DNA of 64,000 nucleotides from an uncultured virus (IMG/VR IMGVR_UViG_2061766007_000957) (taxonomy: Duplodnaviria > Heunggongvirae > Uroviricota > Caudoviricetes), in IMG/VR virus record IMGVR_UViG_2061766007_000957, positions 1-64,000 of that record. One strand, written 5' to 3'. This document shows, one piece after another, positions 37,275 through 46,097 of this stretch. Made by a program: the position numbers and the translations under genes. The notes beneath the pieces are model-generated. The model was not told the origin of the DNA. It was given only the letters and a program-made list of their open reading frames with translations, and made no database searches. Position 1 is the first letter of the stretch; every line of letters starts with the position of its first letter.

Positions 37275-38067
37275 CTTTTCTACACTGCTCCTTATAGCTG
37301 CATACAGAACAAGCTTTTTTCTCTACCGGGTTAAGACCTGAAAGCCTTGGTGGTACTTTACCATCCTTCACATAAGTATTTGTATTCTCCATATAACCAA
37401 TGAGATCCTGTTTCATATCGGGAGTTACATTAAACAAAAATACTTTCTTGCTGCATATATCCCGGTTCTCATAAAGAAACAAAACATCATCTATTTCAAA
37501 TGCAAGGCTGTATGCGGTTGCCTGCTTATAATGGGATGGATCTACCCCGGTCCTTTCATAAAACTTTCTTGTGCTTTCTGTCTTAATTTCCAGGATATAA
37601 TACTTGCCCCGATACCGAATAATCCCATCGCATAAAAACGACATGTTGAATTTTTTGTGGTATAGCTTTGTTTCCATTCCCTGCTGACTAACCACCTCTA
37701 TATCAGCCAGCTCCCTGCTCTTTATAAACTCCGCTACATCTATATATTCACAATTAATGCCATTTTGTTTCATCCCAGCAACTGCTTTTTGGATCCGTTC
37801 ATGCCGATCGGTTCCACTTTCACATATACCAATGAAACTGCATTCCGGTGCTTTATCGTCTGCGTCAATTCCTTTCAACTGATAATATGACATGCGCATA
37901 CAATTCATCCCACTTGGCTTAAATGTATTGGATGGCTTTCTGCCATTATTCTTATCAGTCATTTCAATAGACTTTTGCAGATCCGTTAAGAACTGTTCTT
38001 CCACAGTGAGCTCCCCTATGGTACTGTCTATCAATTTAACCAGATTTGCTAAACTTGTTCTTGCCAT
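37267..38067 (-). CDS. Cas4-like PD-(D/E)XK exonuclease (solo)
   Basis: PS..C.R..YY, GT..H, DG, LEIKT, Q...Y, C-terminal C..C.Y...C. Confidence 0.8.
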   Translation of the reverse strand: MARTSLANLVKLIDSTIGELTVEEQFLTDLQKSIEMTDKNNGRKPSNTFKPSGMNCMRMSYYQLKGIDADDKAPECSFIGICESGTDRHERIQKAVAGMKQNGINCEYIDVAEFIKSRELADIEVVSQQGMETKLYHKKFNMSFLCDGIIRYRGKYYILEIKTESTRKFYERTGVDPSHYKQATAYSLAFEIDDVLFLYENRDICSKKVFLFNVTPDMKQDLIGYMENTNTYVKDGKVPPRLSGLNPVEKKACSVCSYKEQCRKDG

Positions 38068-38079
38068 TATTCTTCCTCC

Positions 38080-38117
38080 AACAAAGACGGGCTACCTATA
38101 TTTCAAGATAGCCCATC
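38080..38117 (-). terminator. Hairpin/terminator after dnaN
   Basis: GATGGGCTATCT-loop-AGGTAGCCCGTC then TTTGTT. Confidence 0.55.
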
Positions 38118-38126
38118 AATAAAATA

Positions 38127-39206
38127 TTACTGCTCTTCCAATAATGCAATGACCTGCGTAATATTTCCATCAACTAATTTGATACTGGAGTCTTTGCCAT
38201 AATGAAGCTGAATACTATCTCCGGTATTTGCCTTGAGCTGGGTAATAAGCATATCAATATCAATGTGACAGGTATATGGCTTGAAATTTTCATTTTCCAA
38301 ATACTTCAAAGTCTCCACACCGTTACTGGTTTTACTGCTAATGTCAACTCCATCTTCAGTAAAAGTCAGGACAATGGCTTTATTATCATACTGGCCTACA
38401 AATAAAGCTATTCGATCTAAAATCGCAAGAAACGCTGCCTTATCCAATTTACATTTACTGTCAAATTCTTCTTTCAGTAAATCACTAATGGCATCGATTT
38501 GATAATCCTCTACTCCTTCCATAGAATGACCAAATACAACACAGTCCGGAGAATCAAATAACAAAACATCCCCACTGCGGATGAATTTAATTTTTTCACA
38601 AGTCATTACATCAAGTAAATTCATTGTTTCCGCACTGATAAGTAATGGATCCTCTCCAAATACATTTGCATCTAAGCTGGACACTTTATAAGTATCAGTC
38701 GCTACAATTCTTTCCCCTGCATAATATCTGGTATAAACCGGTACTTCCATAGTAACAGCAAGAGCAGGCTTAACAGATGCAAGAATAGTTTTTATTGTAG
38801 CCAGCGCAACTTCTATCCCTTTTGATGTTTTTACTTTTGCAACTGGATCCGGAAACTGAATTGTATTCCCTTCTTCATCTAATGGCAATTCAATTTTATA
38901 ATCGCCATTACCTTTCACATTTAAGATCCCATCATTCACTTCTAATGAAATGGTTTCACAAGTCATTTTTCCAATCAGCTTACTAAACTGCTCAACCTGC
39001 ACTACCACATAAAAATCTTCTCCCATTACATTATCCTGATTGATATACAGGTAATTGCTGGCATCTGTCGTAATAAGGGTAGCTTTGTTATTCTCAACCT
39101 TAATAGCCATCAATCCAGTCACCGGGATCAGCTTATTTTGACTAGCTCCCTTGATAGATCTGCTGACAAGCTCTTTGAAGATGTCAGCCTTCATAGTTAA
39201 TTGCAT
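38127..39206 (-). CDS. dnaN: DNA polymerase III beta sliding clamp
   Basis: 359 aa, three-domain pattern with TD motifs (ITTD, VATD), FP, LDRI.LF. Confidence 0.85.
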   Translation of the reverse strand: MQLTMKADIFKELVSRSIKGASQNKLIPVTGLMAIKVENNKATLITTDASNYLYINQDNVMGEDFYVVVQVEQFSKLIGKMTCETISLEVNDGILNVKGNGDYKIELPLDEEGNTIQFPDPVAKVKTSKGIEVALATIKTILASVKPALAVTMEVPVYTRYYAGERIVATDTYKVSSLDANVFGEDPLLISAETMNLLDVMTCEKIKFIRSGDVLLFDSPDCVVFGHSMEGVEDYQIDAISDLLKEEFDSKCKLDKAAFLAILDRIALFVGQYDNKAIVLTFTEDGVDISSKTSNGVETLKYLENENFKPYTCHIDIDMLITQLKANTGDSIQLHYGKDSSIKLVDGNITQVIALLEEQ

Positions 39207-39222
39207 AATACTTACTCCTTTC

Positions 39223-39747
39223 CTAGAACAATTTTTTTCTTGTTGTATCTATATCAGGCTTTATAAGCTGATTAAGATCCGCATCACTTATTTTAACCTG
39301 TTTAGGAACAGTTAAAAAACTATCTATATGAAATGAATTATCTATACGCATTTGTATATACAATTCAATTTGATTAACAGTATACAATCGGATCATTCGT
39401 CTACCATACAAGTCATTAACGCTGATGGGAATAGCATCTTTATACTCCGCCAGCTTTAACTTCACAAGCCTTTTCATGACTTCAGAATCCTGCATGGCAA
39501 ACCATGATTTATATAAATTTGATTGTACTTGGGTTTTACTAAAAAATTCTCCTAGTCTAGTACCGGGATGTTTTTCTAACATTCGGTCTCCGGTTTTTAC
39601 AGATTTCATGTAGAGTTCTAAATTGCAAATAGAATTGTCAAATACTTCTTCAAGCCAATTACCGTATTCTCTGGTGGTAGTAAGGACAGGGCTAACTGCC
39701 CTATCCTTATTCACCAAAACAAATGTATTAAGACATCTGTTCTTCAT
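39223..39747 (-). CDS. Unknown protein in the modification cluster, C-terminal RKKLF
   Basis: Overlaps the yhhQ stop; ends TTRKKLF. Confidence 0.7.
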   Translation of the reverse strand: MKNRCLNTFVLVNKDRAVSPVLTTTREYGNWLEEVFDNSICNLELYMKSVKTGDRMLEKHPGTRLGEFFSKTQVQSNLYKSWFAMQDSEVMKRLVKLKLAEYKDAIPISVNDLYGRRMIRLYTVNQIELYIQMRIDNSFHIDSFLTVPKQVKISDADLNQLIKPDIDTTRKKLF

Positions 39748-40420
39748 GCGCAACTTCTTTCCTTTCCCTTGTCAACAAATAAAAGATCGGAGTATCAACA
39801 GCGGCAAGAATAAATTTCAGGAAATACTGGCCTACCATCATTGCCCACAATGCCGGTCGCATCTGAGCATCAAATAACCATCCAAAACCAAGACCAAATG
39901 AAATACCAATAAACACTACAGTATCCCATATCTGACTTGTCATTGTAGAAGCATTATTCCAAATCCATCTCCCGCCCTTTGTACTGCCATGCTTCTTAAT
40001 ATACTTGTCTCTAATCTTATGGAAGATCCAAACATCCCATGACTGGGAAATATAATAAGCTACAAGAGATCCCACTACAAAGATCCAGTTCTGTCCCAGC
40101 AACATATCATATGCTCCTTGCATATCCTGATTTACTGCCGGTAATTGCTGAGTGAATATAATTAACAAGGTTGCTAAAATCTGTCCAACAAATCCCCAGC
40201 GAACACAAAGATTAGCTTCCTTCTTGCCCCATATCTCACCAATTACATCTGTCATCAGAAATGTAATTGCATAACATACAGCTGCTCCCGGTAATTGAAT
40301 TGTTCCACCAAAAAGAGGAATCCCGGTTTCGACAGTCTTTGCCGTAACTACATTGGCAATGACCAAAGATACTACAAATAACATACAACATAAAATTAAA
40401 TTGTTTTGATTTTTTTTCAC
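39728..40420 (-). CDS. yhhQ: Queuosine-precursor (preQ0/preQ1) transporter, YhhQ/Vut_1 family
   Basis: IANV...K, TFL.TDVIGEIWG, GSL.AY..SQ.WD, NN.STM.SQ..DT..F; multiple TMs. Confidence 0.92.
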   Translation of the reverse strand: MKKNQNNLILCCMLFVVSLVIANVVTAKTVETGIPLFGGTIQLPGAAVCYAITFLMTDVIGEIWGKKEANLCVRWGFVGQILATLLIIFTQQLPAVNQDMQGAYDMLLGQNWIFVVGSLVAYYISQSWDVWIFHKIRDKYIKKHGSTKGGRWIWNNASTMTSQIWDTVVFIGISFGLGFGWLFDAQMRPALWAMMVGQYFLKFILAAVDTPIFYLLTRERKEVAHEEQMS

Positions 40421-40430
40421 TTCTTTTTCT

Positions 40431-40470
40431 CCTTTATTTTTTAATGTCGGTCAGGACTATAAAACGACCC
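40431..40470 (-). ncRNA. preQ1 class I-like riboswitch
   Basis: GUCG-UU-UUAU-AGUCCUGAC-CGAC-AUUAAAAA-AUAA-AGGAG: H-type pseudoknot with an A-rich tail abutting the yhhQ Shine-Dalgarno. Confidence 0.65.
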
Positions 40471-40526
40471 ATCTATTATCAAGAACAGGTATGCCATTAT
40501 CTCCTTTCTCATACTTAGATTTGTTC

Positions 40527-40997
40527 TTAATAAATCACTTTGTTCAGTTCGCCATACTCAGCATACAAATCCTGCGCAGGCTTTCTATCCATTTCTTCGA
40601 TCTCCAATACAGTAGTATCTGCACAACCGGCCTGTATAAAATTATATATGAAATCATCTCTGAATCCAATACCTTCACAATCTTTTGGTAAACCGGATAC
40701 ATATACCTTCTTTATATTTGCCCAAATAATTGCTCCCATACACATCGGACAAGGATAACCTGTTGCATATAATTCGCATCCAGTTAAATCATATGTTCCC
40801 AGCTTTTCGCAGGCTTTACGTATTGCCATGATCTCCGCATGAGCGGTAGGATCATTATTTGCTAATACGTGATTTGAAGATACTGCGATGATCTCCCCAT
40901 CCTTAACAATTACCGCACCAAACGGACCACCTTTGTTTTCCTTCATTGTTTTTGATGCTTCTTCAACACCTAACTGCATGATCTCTTCTTTGGTCAT
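40527..40997 (-). CDS. guaD: Guanine deaminase (cytidine-deaminase fold)
   Basis: GGPFGAVIV, DPTAHAE, PCPMC, GF.DDFIY typical of B. subtilis GuaD-like enzymes. Confidence 0.85.
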   Translation of the reverse strand: MTKEEIMQLGVEEASKTMKENKGGPFGAVIVKDGEIIAVSSNHVLANNDPTAHAEIMAIRKACEKLGTYDLTGCELYATGYPCPMCMGAIIWANIKKVYVSGLPKDCEGIGFRDDFIYNFIQAGCADTTVLEIEEMDRKPAQDLYAEYGELNKVIY

Positions 40998-41707
40998 TCT
41001 TCTTCCTCCTTTTTTAACGCGGGATCCTTTATCCCATTTGCTTCAAACGCGGCTGCCCTATCAATACAGGTACCACATTTACCACATGGCTTATCTGCAC
41101 CATTATAACAGCTCCATGTCAACTCATATGGAGTCCCAAGCTCCAGACCCATCTTAACCACACCAGCTTTATTGAGATTGACAAGTGGCGCTTTCAAATG
41201 CACCTTGCCATAGGTACCAATAGATATAGCGAGATCCATCGCATCCGTAAATGCTTCGGAACAATCCGCATACGCATTACCTGCTGCATCATCAGCATGA
41301 GCTCCCAAGTATATATCAACTTCATCCTCGGGATATATCGCCATCGCCATCGCTGCAACAGAAGCCAGCAACAAACCATTTCTAAATGGCACATATGTTG
41401 ACACCATTCCTTCTCCATTCTTTGCAATCTGCTCCGCATAAGAATGTTCCGGGATCTTTTCAGTGGACTGACTTAACAATGGACAATTACTGTCTTCCAT
41501 GATCCCGGTATTAGATAGATCAATTACTTTATGATCCACCTTGTAATACATGGCCACCCGAGCTGCGCATTCCAATTCTTTAGAATGCTTCTGTCCATAA
41601 AAAACGGAAACCGTAGTTACGTTTTCTGCTCCCAGCTCTTTAACCGCCAGCGATACGCAAGTTGTAGAATCAACTCCGCCACTGTTTAACACTAATGCTT
41701 TTTTCAT
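40994..41707 (-). CDS. queC: 7-cyano-7-deazaguanine synthase
   Basis: SGGVDS, YGQKH..EL, TYVPFRN, Y.DC, TWSCY....PCGKCGTC..R. Confidence 0.95.
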   Translation of the reverse strand: MKKALVLNSGGVDSTTCVSLAVKELGAENVTTVSVFYGQKHSKELECAARVAMYYKVDHKVIDLSNTGIMEDSNCPLLSQSTEKIPEHSYAEQIAKNGEGMVSTYVPFRNGLLLASVAAMAMAIYPEDEVDIYLGAHADDAAGNAYADCSEAFTDAMDLAISIGTYGKVHLKAPLVNLNKAGVVKMGLELGTPYELTWSCYNGADKPCGKCGTCIDRAAAFEANGIKDPALKKEEEE

Positions 41708-41717
41708 ACTTACCTCC

Positions 41718-42422
41718 TTAAAATAGTTTTCTATTTTGGCTATATGGATTTGTTCCCTTGTAAGTATTTACCAGGTAATATAATCCATCATGGAGCTCAA
41801 ATATACTTCGATCTTTTAATCGGTTTTTTACTGGCTCTTTATCATTGCCACCAACAACCCCGCAATTAAATACCCGCTGAATATGGGTTGAAGAATAATC
41901 AGATAATTTTTCCCGTAACAATGACATCAAATATCTCTTTTGATAACCTTCTGATGGATTTAACATGGTGGTTATTTCCATCCATATCTTATCAACATCT
42001 AAGGATTCCCTTTGCCCGGTATTTAGATAATGCAAAATGGATCTTCCTTTTATTCCGTGTAATGGGAAAATGATTTCGCCCATCAGGTAATTAGAAAGGT
42101 CTGCATATACTCCGGGAAGTATCAAATAATATTTAGTGCAAGCAGGAAATCGGTTTTGTATAACTACCTGCGCGCCCCTGAATACCTCTTCCCTTTTATC
42201 AGGGTCCACATCTTCAAGATTTAGATCGTATGGCTCTATAATTTCATCGGGTTCTAATATGCCATACTTTCCGGAAAATATGACCCAGTTTATAAAATTC
42301 TTGATAGCATAATTTTTGCGGATAAGAAAGTTAGATCCAACATACATATCAGCAGCCTTTGTCCTGATGCCTGCTTTATCTTTTCCACAACCAATTATAC
42401 ACAAGCAATCCGATCCATACAT
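41718..42422 (-). CDS. DUF6884/YaaA-like protein, C-terminal RKLF
   Basis: IIGCGK.K, AADMY.G..F, I.SGKYG.L.PDE.IEPYD. Confidence 0.7.
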   Translation of the reverse strand: MYGSDCLCIIGCGKDKAGIRTKAADMYVGSNFLIRKNYAIKNFINWVIFSGKYGILEPDEIIEPYDLNLEDVDPDKREEVFRGAQVVIQNRFPACTKYYLILPGVYADLSNYLMGEIIFPLHGIKGRSILHYLNTGQRESLDVDKIWMEITTMLNPSEGYQKRYLMSLLREKLSDYSSTHIQRVFNCGVVGGNDKEPVKNRLKDRSIFELHDGLYYLVNTYKGTNPYSQNRKLF

Positions 42423-43678
42423 CAGAATAATTTCCTCTTCTTTGCTACCGGTTTATATTCGATGTCTGCAAACTTCTTTTTCATATACCGGGCATTATGC
42501 ATAATTCTTTTGTCACGGCTATCTGCAAGCTCTTCAAGCGTAAACCCGAACTCTTCTATCGTCTTGTTAAAAGCTTCCTGTAATTCGGGTGTCAAATGAG
42601 AAAAATGATTAGGATCGTTTTTCTGCTGACTACTTACTGATACTACGCCAGCATCTGTCATAATAGATCCAGTTGCAGCTGTCATGATCCATGAAGTACT
42701 ATCTGCCGAAGTGATCGGATATTTTATAAGCAAACTTTTATCGGTCATTCCAAACGCATGCACCTTTACATTGGGATTAGATGATTTACTGATAACATCA
42801 AAACATTGTTCCAAAAACCGATCTCTCACTTCAGCTGGCTTTCCTACCATACCGCCCAGCGCTATATACGGAATATGATCCCCATTCTCGTCTACCCATT
42901 CAAGAGCCTGCTTCAAAAACTCAATAGGCTCGCCGACATGAAATGTATATAACAGGCCTTCTGGTTTTTTCATTTTAGGCCTCATATACAAATAGTTCTC
43001 CCAGGTCTTTTGAGCTGCAATTCTTACCTCTTCATGGGTTGGCAACCGGCCACTATTACGATCACCGGGAATAACGTCGATCTGCCCGTATAAACTAATA
43101 TAATCCGCCCGCTCATTGATCCAGTTTATATATTGATCCACATCAATAACTTTACCCTGCGTCCATGCAGAAAATGCTCCGGAATCTATAAACAGTTTTC
43201 CCTTTGCAGTAACATCGTTCTTATATTTATCGACTGCCTTCGCAGTTAAATAACTAAACAAAATGTTGCTTGGTTCTTCCTCATATGCAACTTTCATCAC
43301 TTCTTCTTTTTCCGGTCCAACAAGATATAAATCCAACACTCTTCTCCTTTCTTCTATTCCCAGCTTATCGCTGCCAGCAAAAAATAAATCCATCTCTTCA
43401 ATCCTCTTAATAAATTTGTTTACCTGCCTTTTTTCATCGGAAGCTGCATAAGATAAAAGACAATTAAATTGATCTAATAATACTGATGCGCCACCGGCTT
43501 TACTTTGATTTGCCCCTGCTAAGTATAAGTCCATTTCCTTTACCTTAGAAATTAGTTTATCAACTAATGCCTTTTGATATCCGTAACTCAATAAACGATT
43601 ATATCCCATCAGATAAAGATCTAAATATAATTCTTCTGAGATCTTAAATTGATATCTCCCTGCAAAATACAAATCCAT
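42422..43678 (-). CDS. dpdA: DpdA-like DNA-guanine transglycosylase (TGT fold) with repeated N-terminal module
   Basis: LFIDSGAFS, D.IP, TFH.GE, IALGG, KVHAFG, SADSTSW; adjacent to queC and yhhQ. Confidence 0.82.
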   Translation of the reverse strand: MDLYFAGRYQFKISEELYLDLYLMGYNRLLSYGYQKALVDKLISKVKEMDLYLAGANQSKAGGASVLLDQFNCLLSYAASDEKRQVNKFIKRIEEMDLFFAGSDKLGIEERRRVLDLYLVGPEKEEVMKVAYEEEPSNILFSYLTAKAVDKYKNDVTAKGKLFIDSGAFSAWTQGKVIDVDQYINWINERADYISLYGQIDVIPGDRNSGRLPTHEEVRIAAQKTWENYLYMRPKMKKPEGLLYTFHVGEPIEFLKQALEWVDENGDHIPYIALGGMVGKPAEVRDRFLEQCFDVISKSSNPNVKVHAFGMTDKSLLIKYPITSADSTSWIMTAATGSIMTDAGVVSVSSQQKNDPNHFSHLTPELQEAFNKTIEEFGFTLEELADSRDKRIMHNARYMKKKFADIEYKPVAKKRKLF

Positions 43679-43688
43679 TTTACTCCTC

Positions 43689-45998
43689 CTATATCTGTAA
43701 TGGCTCCCCGTACCATTGTTTTGTTATCTCCACATCACATTTTACTGGCATATCCAAAATACTTTCGGCTGCTTCTGACATTATACTTGCCAAAAGACTA
43801 GAACATTTTTCAACGTTCTCCTTTGGACATTCTGCAATAATTTCATCATGTACCGGAATAAGAAGTTTGAACCCTAAACTTTGCAGCTCTTCTGATTTAT
43901 TGAGTTTGATCATGGCTAATTTTGTTAGATCAGCTGCGCTTCCTTGTATGCGGGCATTAACGCATTGTCTTGTTGCATCTGCAATCTTTGCCCCATTATC
44001 AATAATCCAGATCCCTTCTTTATTTGCTTCTTCAAATATTTTTCGCTTTTCGTTTCCCCAGCATCGGGACAGCTTTCTAAGATAATAGTTGATAGTATCC
44101 TGCGGAACTTCTGTTGTATTATATTCTGGTTCATTCATAAAATCAAAATCAAGAAGATCATCATCCTTCGGCGCACCATCTTTCCATTTGAATTCAAACT
44201 CTTCTAATTGAAGATCCGGTAGCCTTCTCTTGCGGCCACATACAGTTGTTACATATCCAAACTCATAAGCCATATCTAAAGAATCCTGTTCAAATTGTTT
44301 TATCGCTGGGAATCCTCTAAATACACTTTGCTTTATATCCTTCGCCTTTTGTTCTGAGCATTTGAGCTGCTCCGCAATACTCTTTTCCCCGCGCCCATAT
44401 AACACTCCAAGCAATATACTCTTTGCTTGAGTCCTGCGCTCTTTACCTTTCTTGTTAGTCTTACCAGAAGAATCAAATTCCTTGCATTCTTCGTATGGGA
44501 CATTAAACGCTTTACTGGCTATCTCTGAATATAGATCCTTGTCAGCCATAAAAGTATCATACATTTGAGAATCCCCAGCTTTACGACATAAGGCTGCAAG
44601 ACATTTTGGTTCTTGCTGGCTATAATCTGCCGACATTAAAACATATCCATCAGATGCAACAAACATCTTTCTAATATCCTTGTTATGAGATGGTATGTTT
44701 TGTAAGTTTGGATCACTACTACTCATTCTCCCAGTATCCGCACCATACTGATTAAACCTGCAATGAATACGCCCATCATTCGGATTAACACATTCAGGCA
44801 GCTTCTCAATATAAGTTGTCAATAATTTCTTAATGCCCCTATACTCTAAAATTGCATTAGATATTGGATGATCTAATTTACTGAGGATCTCTTCTCCAGT
44901 ACCCCGCGGATTCCTTTTATCGGGACATTTTAATCCCAGCACATCATATAACATAATTGCTATCTGAGATGCAGAACTGATGTTGATGGGATATTCAAGT
45001 TTATTGTTTATTCCCTGCTCCGCTCGATACCGATCTAAGTCTTCTCCAAAATCATCACACAGTCGGTAAAATTTTTCCTTAGCATCTTCTAACATTTTAT
45101 TGTATTGAACATTAAGTTGATTTGCATAATCCATATCAAGCAGGATTCCATTATCCTCCATACTTGTGACAGCTTCAATACATGGCATCTCTATATTTTT
45201 GAATACCCAATATAACTGTCTCATATCTTCCCGATCATGATCCGCCCTTAAATGCTTCCTCTGATAGCTGCATAATTCATAAGTAATTTCCGGATCATGA
45301 GCTGCATATAGATATCCAACAGTTGGTGGGATCATAGTAAATGGAATGCCCTTAAATAAATCATCAAATCTAAACGCATCCCCTTCGCCAGCTAAACAAT
45401 ATTTCTTATGCAAATCTTTTAGATTTTTATGGGGCTCATTTTCATTTAAGATCCGGCCAGCTAAAAACCCATCCCATGTACAGTATATATTTTTGATGCC
45501 AGTTTGATTTCGTATAAACCGCAAATCAAAATTAGCATTGAACATATCTATCTCCGGACGCTTTTCTAATAAGCGATTAAACTCCTGAGATACAAAGTCA
45601 ATGCTTAATTGATTTGGAACAAACTCATTCGTAATATAACTGATATGATTAAGGGGTATGTAAGCAGCTGGCTGCCCTTGCGTAAATGGACATATGCCTG
45701 CTATATGATTTAAGAGCGGATCTAATCCATCGGTTTCGGTATCAATGGCTATATATCCATTACCTATACATTCGGTAATAAAATCGTGCAGGACTTCTTC
45801 TTCCCGAATGAGCTGATATCGGTCTTTGTATTGTCCAAGATTCTTTTCAACTTCCGCCTTGATCTGGTTAATGCGGGCAAGCATAGTAGATCCACTTCTG
45901 ACAGTTGATCTTGCTTTAGATATGGAATTAGATTTCCCAGCAATCTTTTTATCCTGAGCTTTATTATTAAGCCTATTCGGCACTTCAAACAACGCCAT
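43689..45998 (-). CDS. polA: Family A DNA polymerase with 3'-5' exonuclease
   Basis: DTETDG, FNANFD, YAAHD; TGRMSSSDPNLQNIP, DYSQQE, R..AK....G..YG, VHDE. Confidence 0.96.
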   Translation of the reverse strand: MALFEVPNRLNNKAQDKKIAGKSNSISKARSTVRSGSTMLARINQIKAEVEKNLGQYKDRYQLIREEEVLHDFITECIGNGYIAIDTETDGLDPLLNHIAGICPFTQGQPAAYIPLNHISYITNEFVPNQLSIDFVSQEFNRLLEKRPEIDMFNANFDLRFIRNQTGIKNIYCTWDGFLAGRILNENEPHKNLKDLHKKYCLAGEGDAFRFDDLFKGIPFTMIPPTVGYLYAAHDPEITYELCSYQRKHLRADHDREDMRQLYWVFKNIEMPCIEAVTSMEDNGILLDMDYANQLNVQYNKMLEDAKEKFYRLCDDFGEDLDRYRAEQGINNKLEYPINISSASQIAIMLYDVLGLKCPDKRNPRGTGEEILSKLDHPISNAILEYRGIKKLLTTYIEKLPECVNPNDGRIHCRFNQYGADTGRMSSSDPNLQNIPSHNKDIRKMFVASDGYVLMSADYSQQEPKCLAALCRKAGDSQMYDTFMADKDLYSEIASKAFNVPYEECKEFDSSGKTNKKGKERRTQAKSILLGVLYGRGEKSIAEQLKCSEQKAKDIKQSVFRGFPAIKQFEQDSLDMAYEFGYVTTVCGRKRRLPDLQLEEFEFKWKDGAPKDDDLLDFDFMNEPEYNTTEVPQDTINYYLRKLSRCWGNEKRKIFEEANKEGIWIIDNGAKIADATRQCVNARIQGSAADLTKLAMIKLNKSEELQSLGFKLLIPVHDEIIAECPKENVEKCSSLLASIMSEAAESILDMPVKCDVEITKQWYGEPLQI

Positions 45999-46023
45999 TG
46001 TATTTCTCCTTAAAACAAATGAA

Positions 46024-46097
46024 TCGGGAGTATGGGATTCGAACCCATCGTCTTCGGCTTATAAGGCCGCTGCATTCACCTGCTATGCTAACTCCCA
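46024..46097 (-). tRNA. tRNA-Ile (anticodon UAU), CCA not encoded
   Basis: TGGGAGT/ACTCCCG acceptor, GCAT/ATGC D-stem, CGGC-CTTATAA-GCCG anticodon arm, ATGGG-TTCGAAT-CCCAT T-arm. Confidence 0.88.

Noticed and set aside
37267..38067. CRISPR-Cas system suggested by the Cas4-like gene
   Set aside because: No array or other cas genes; solo Cas4-like nucleases are common in phage recombination modules.
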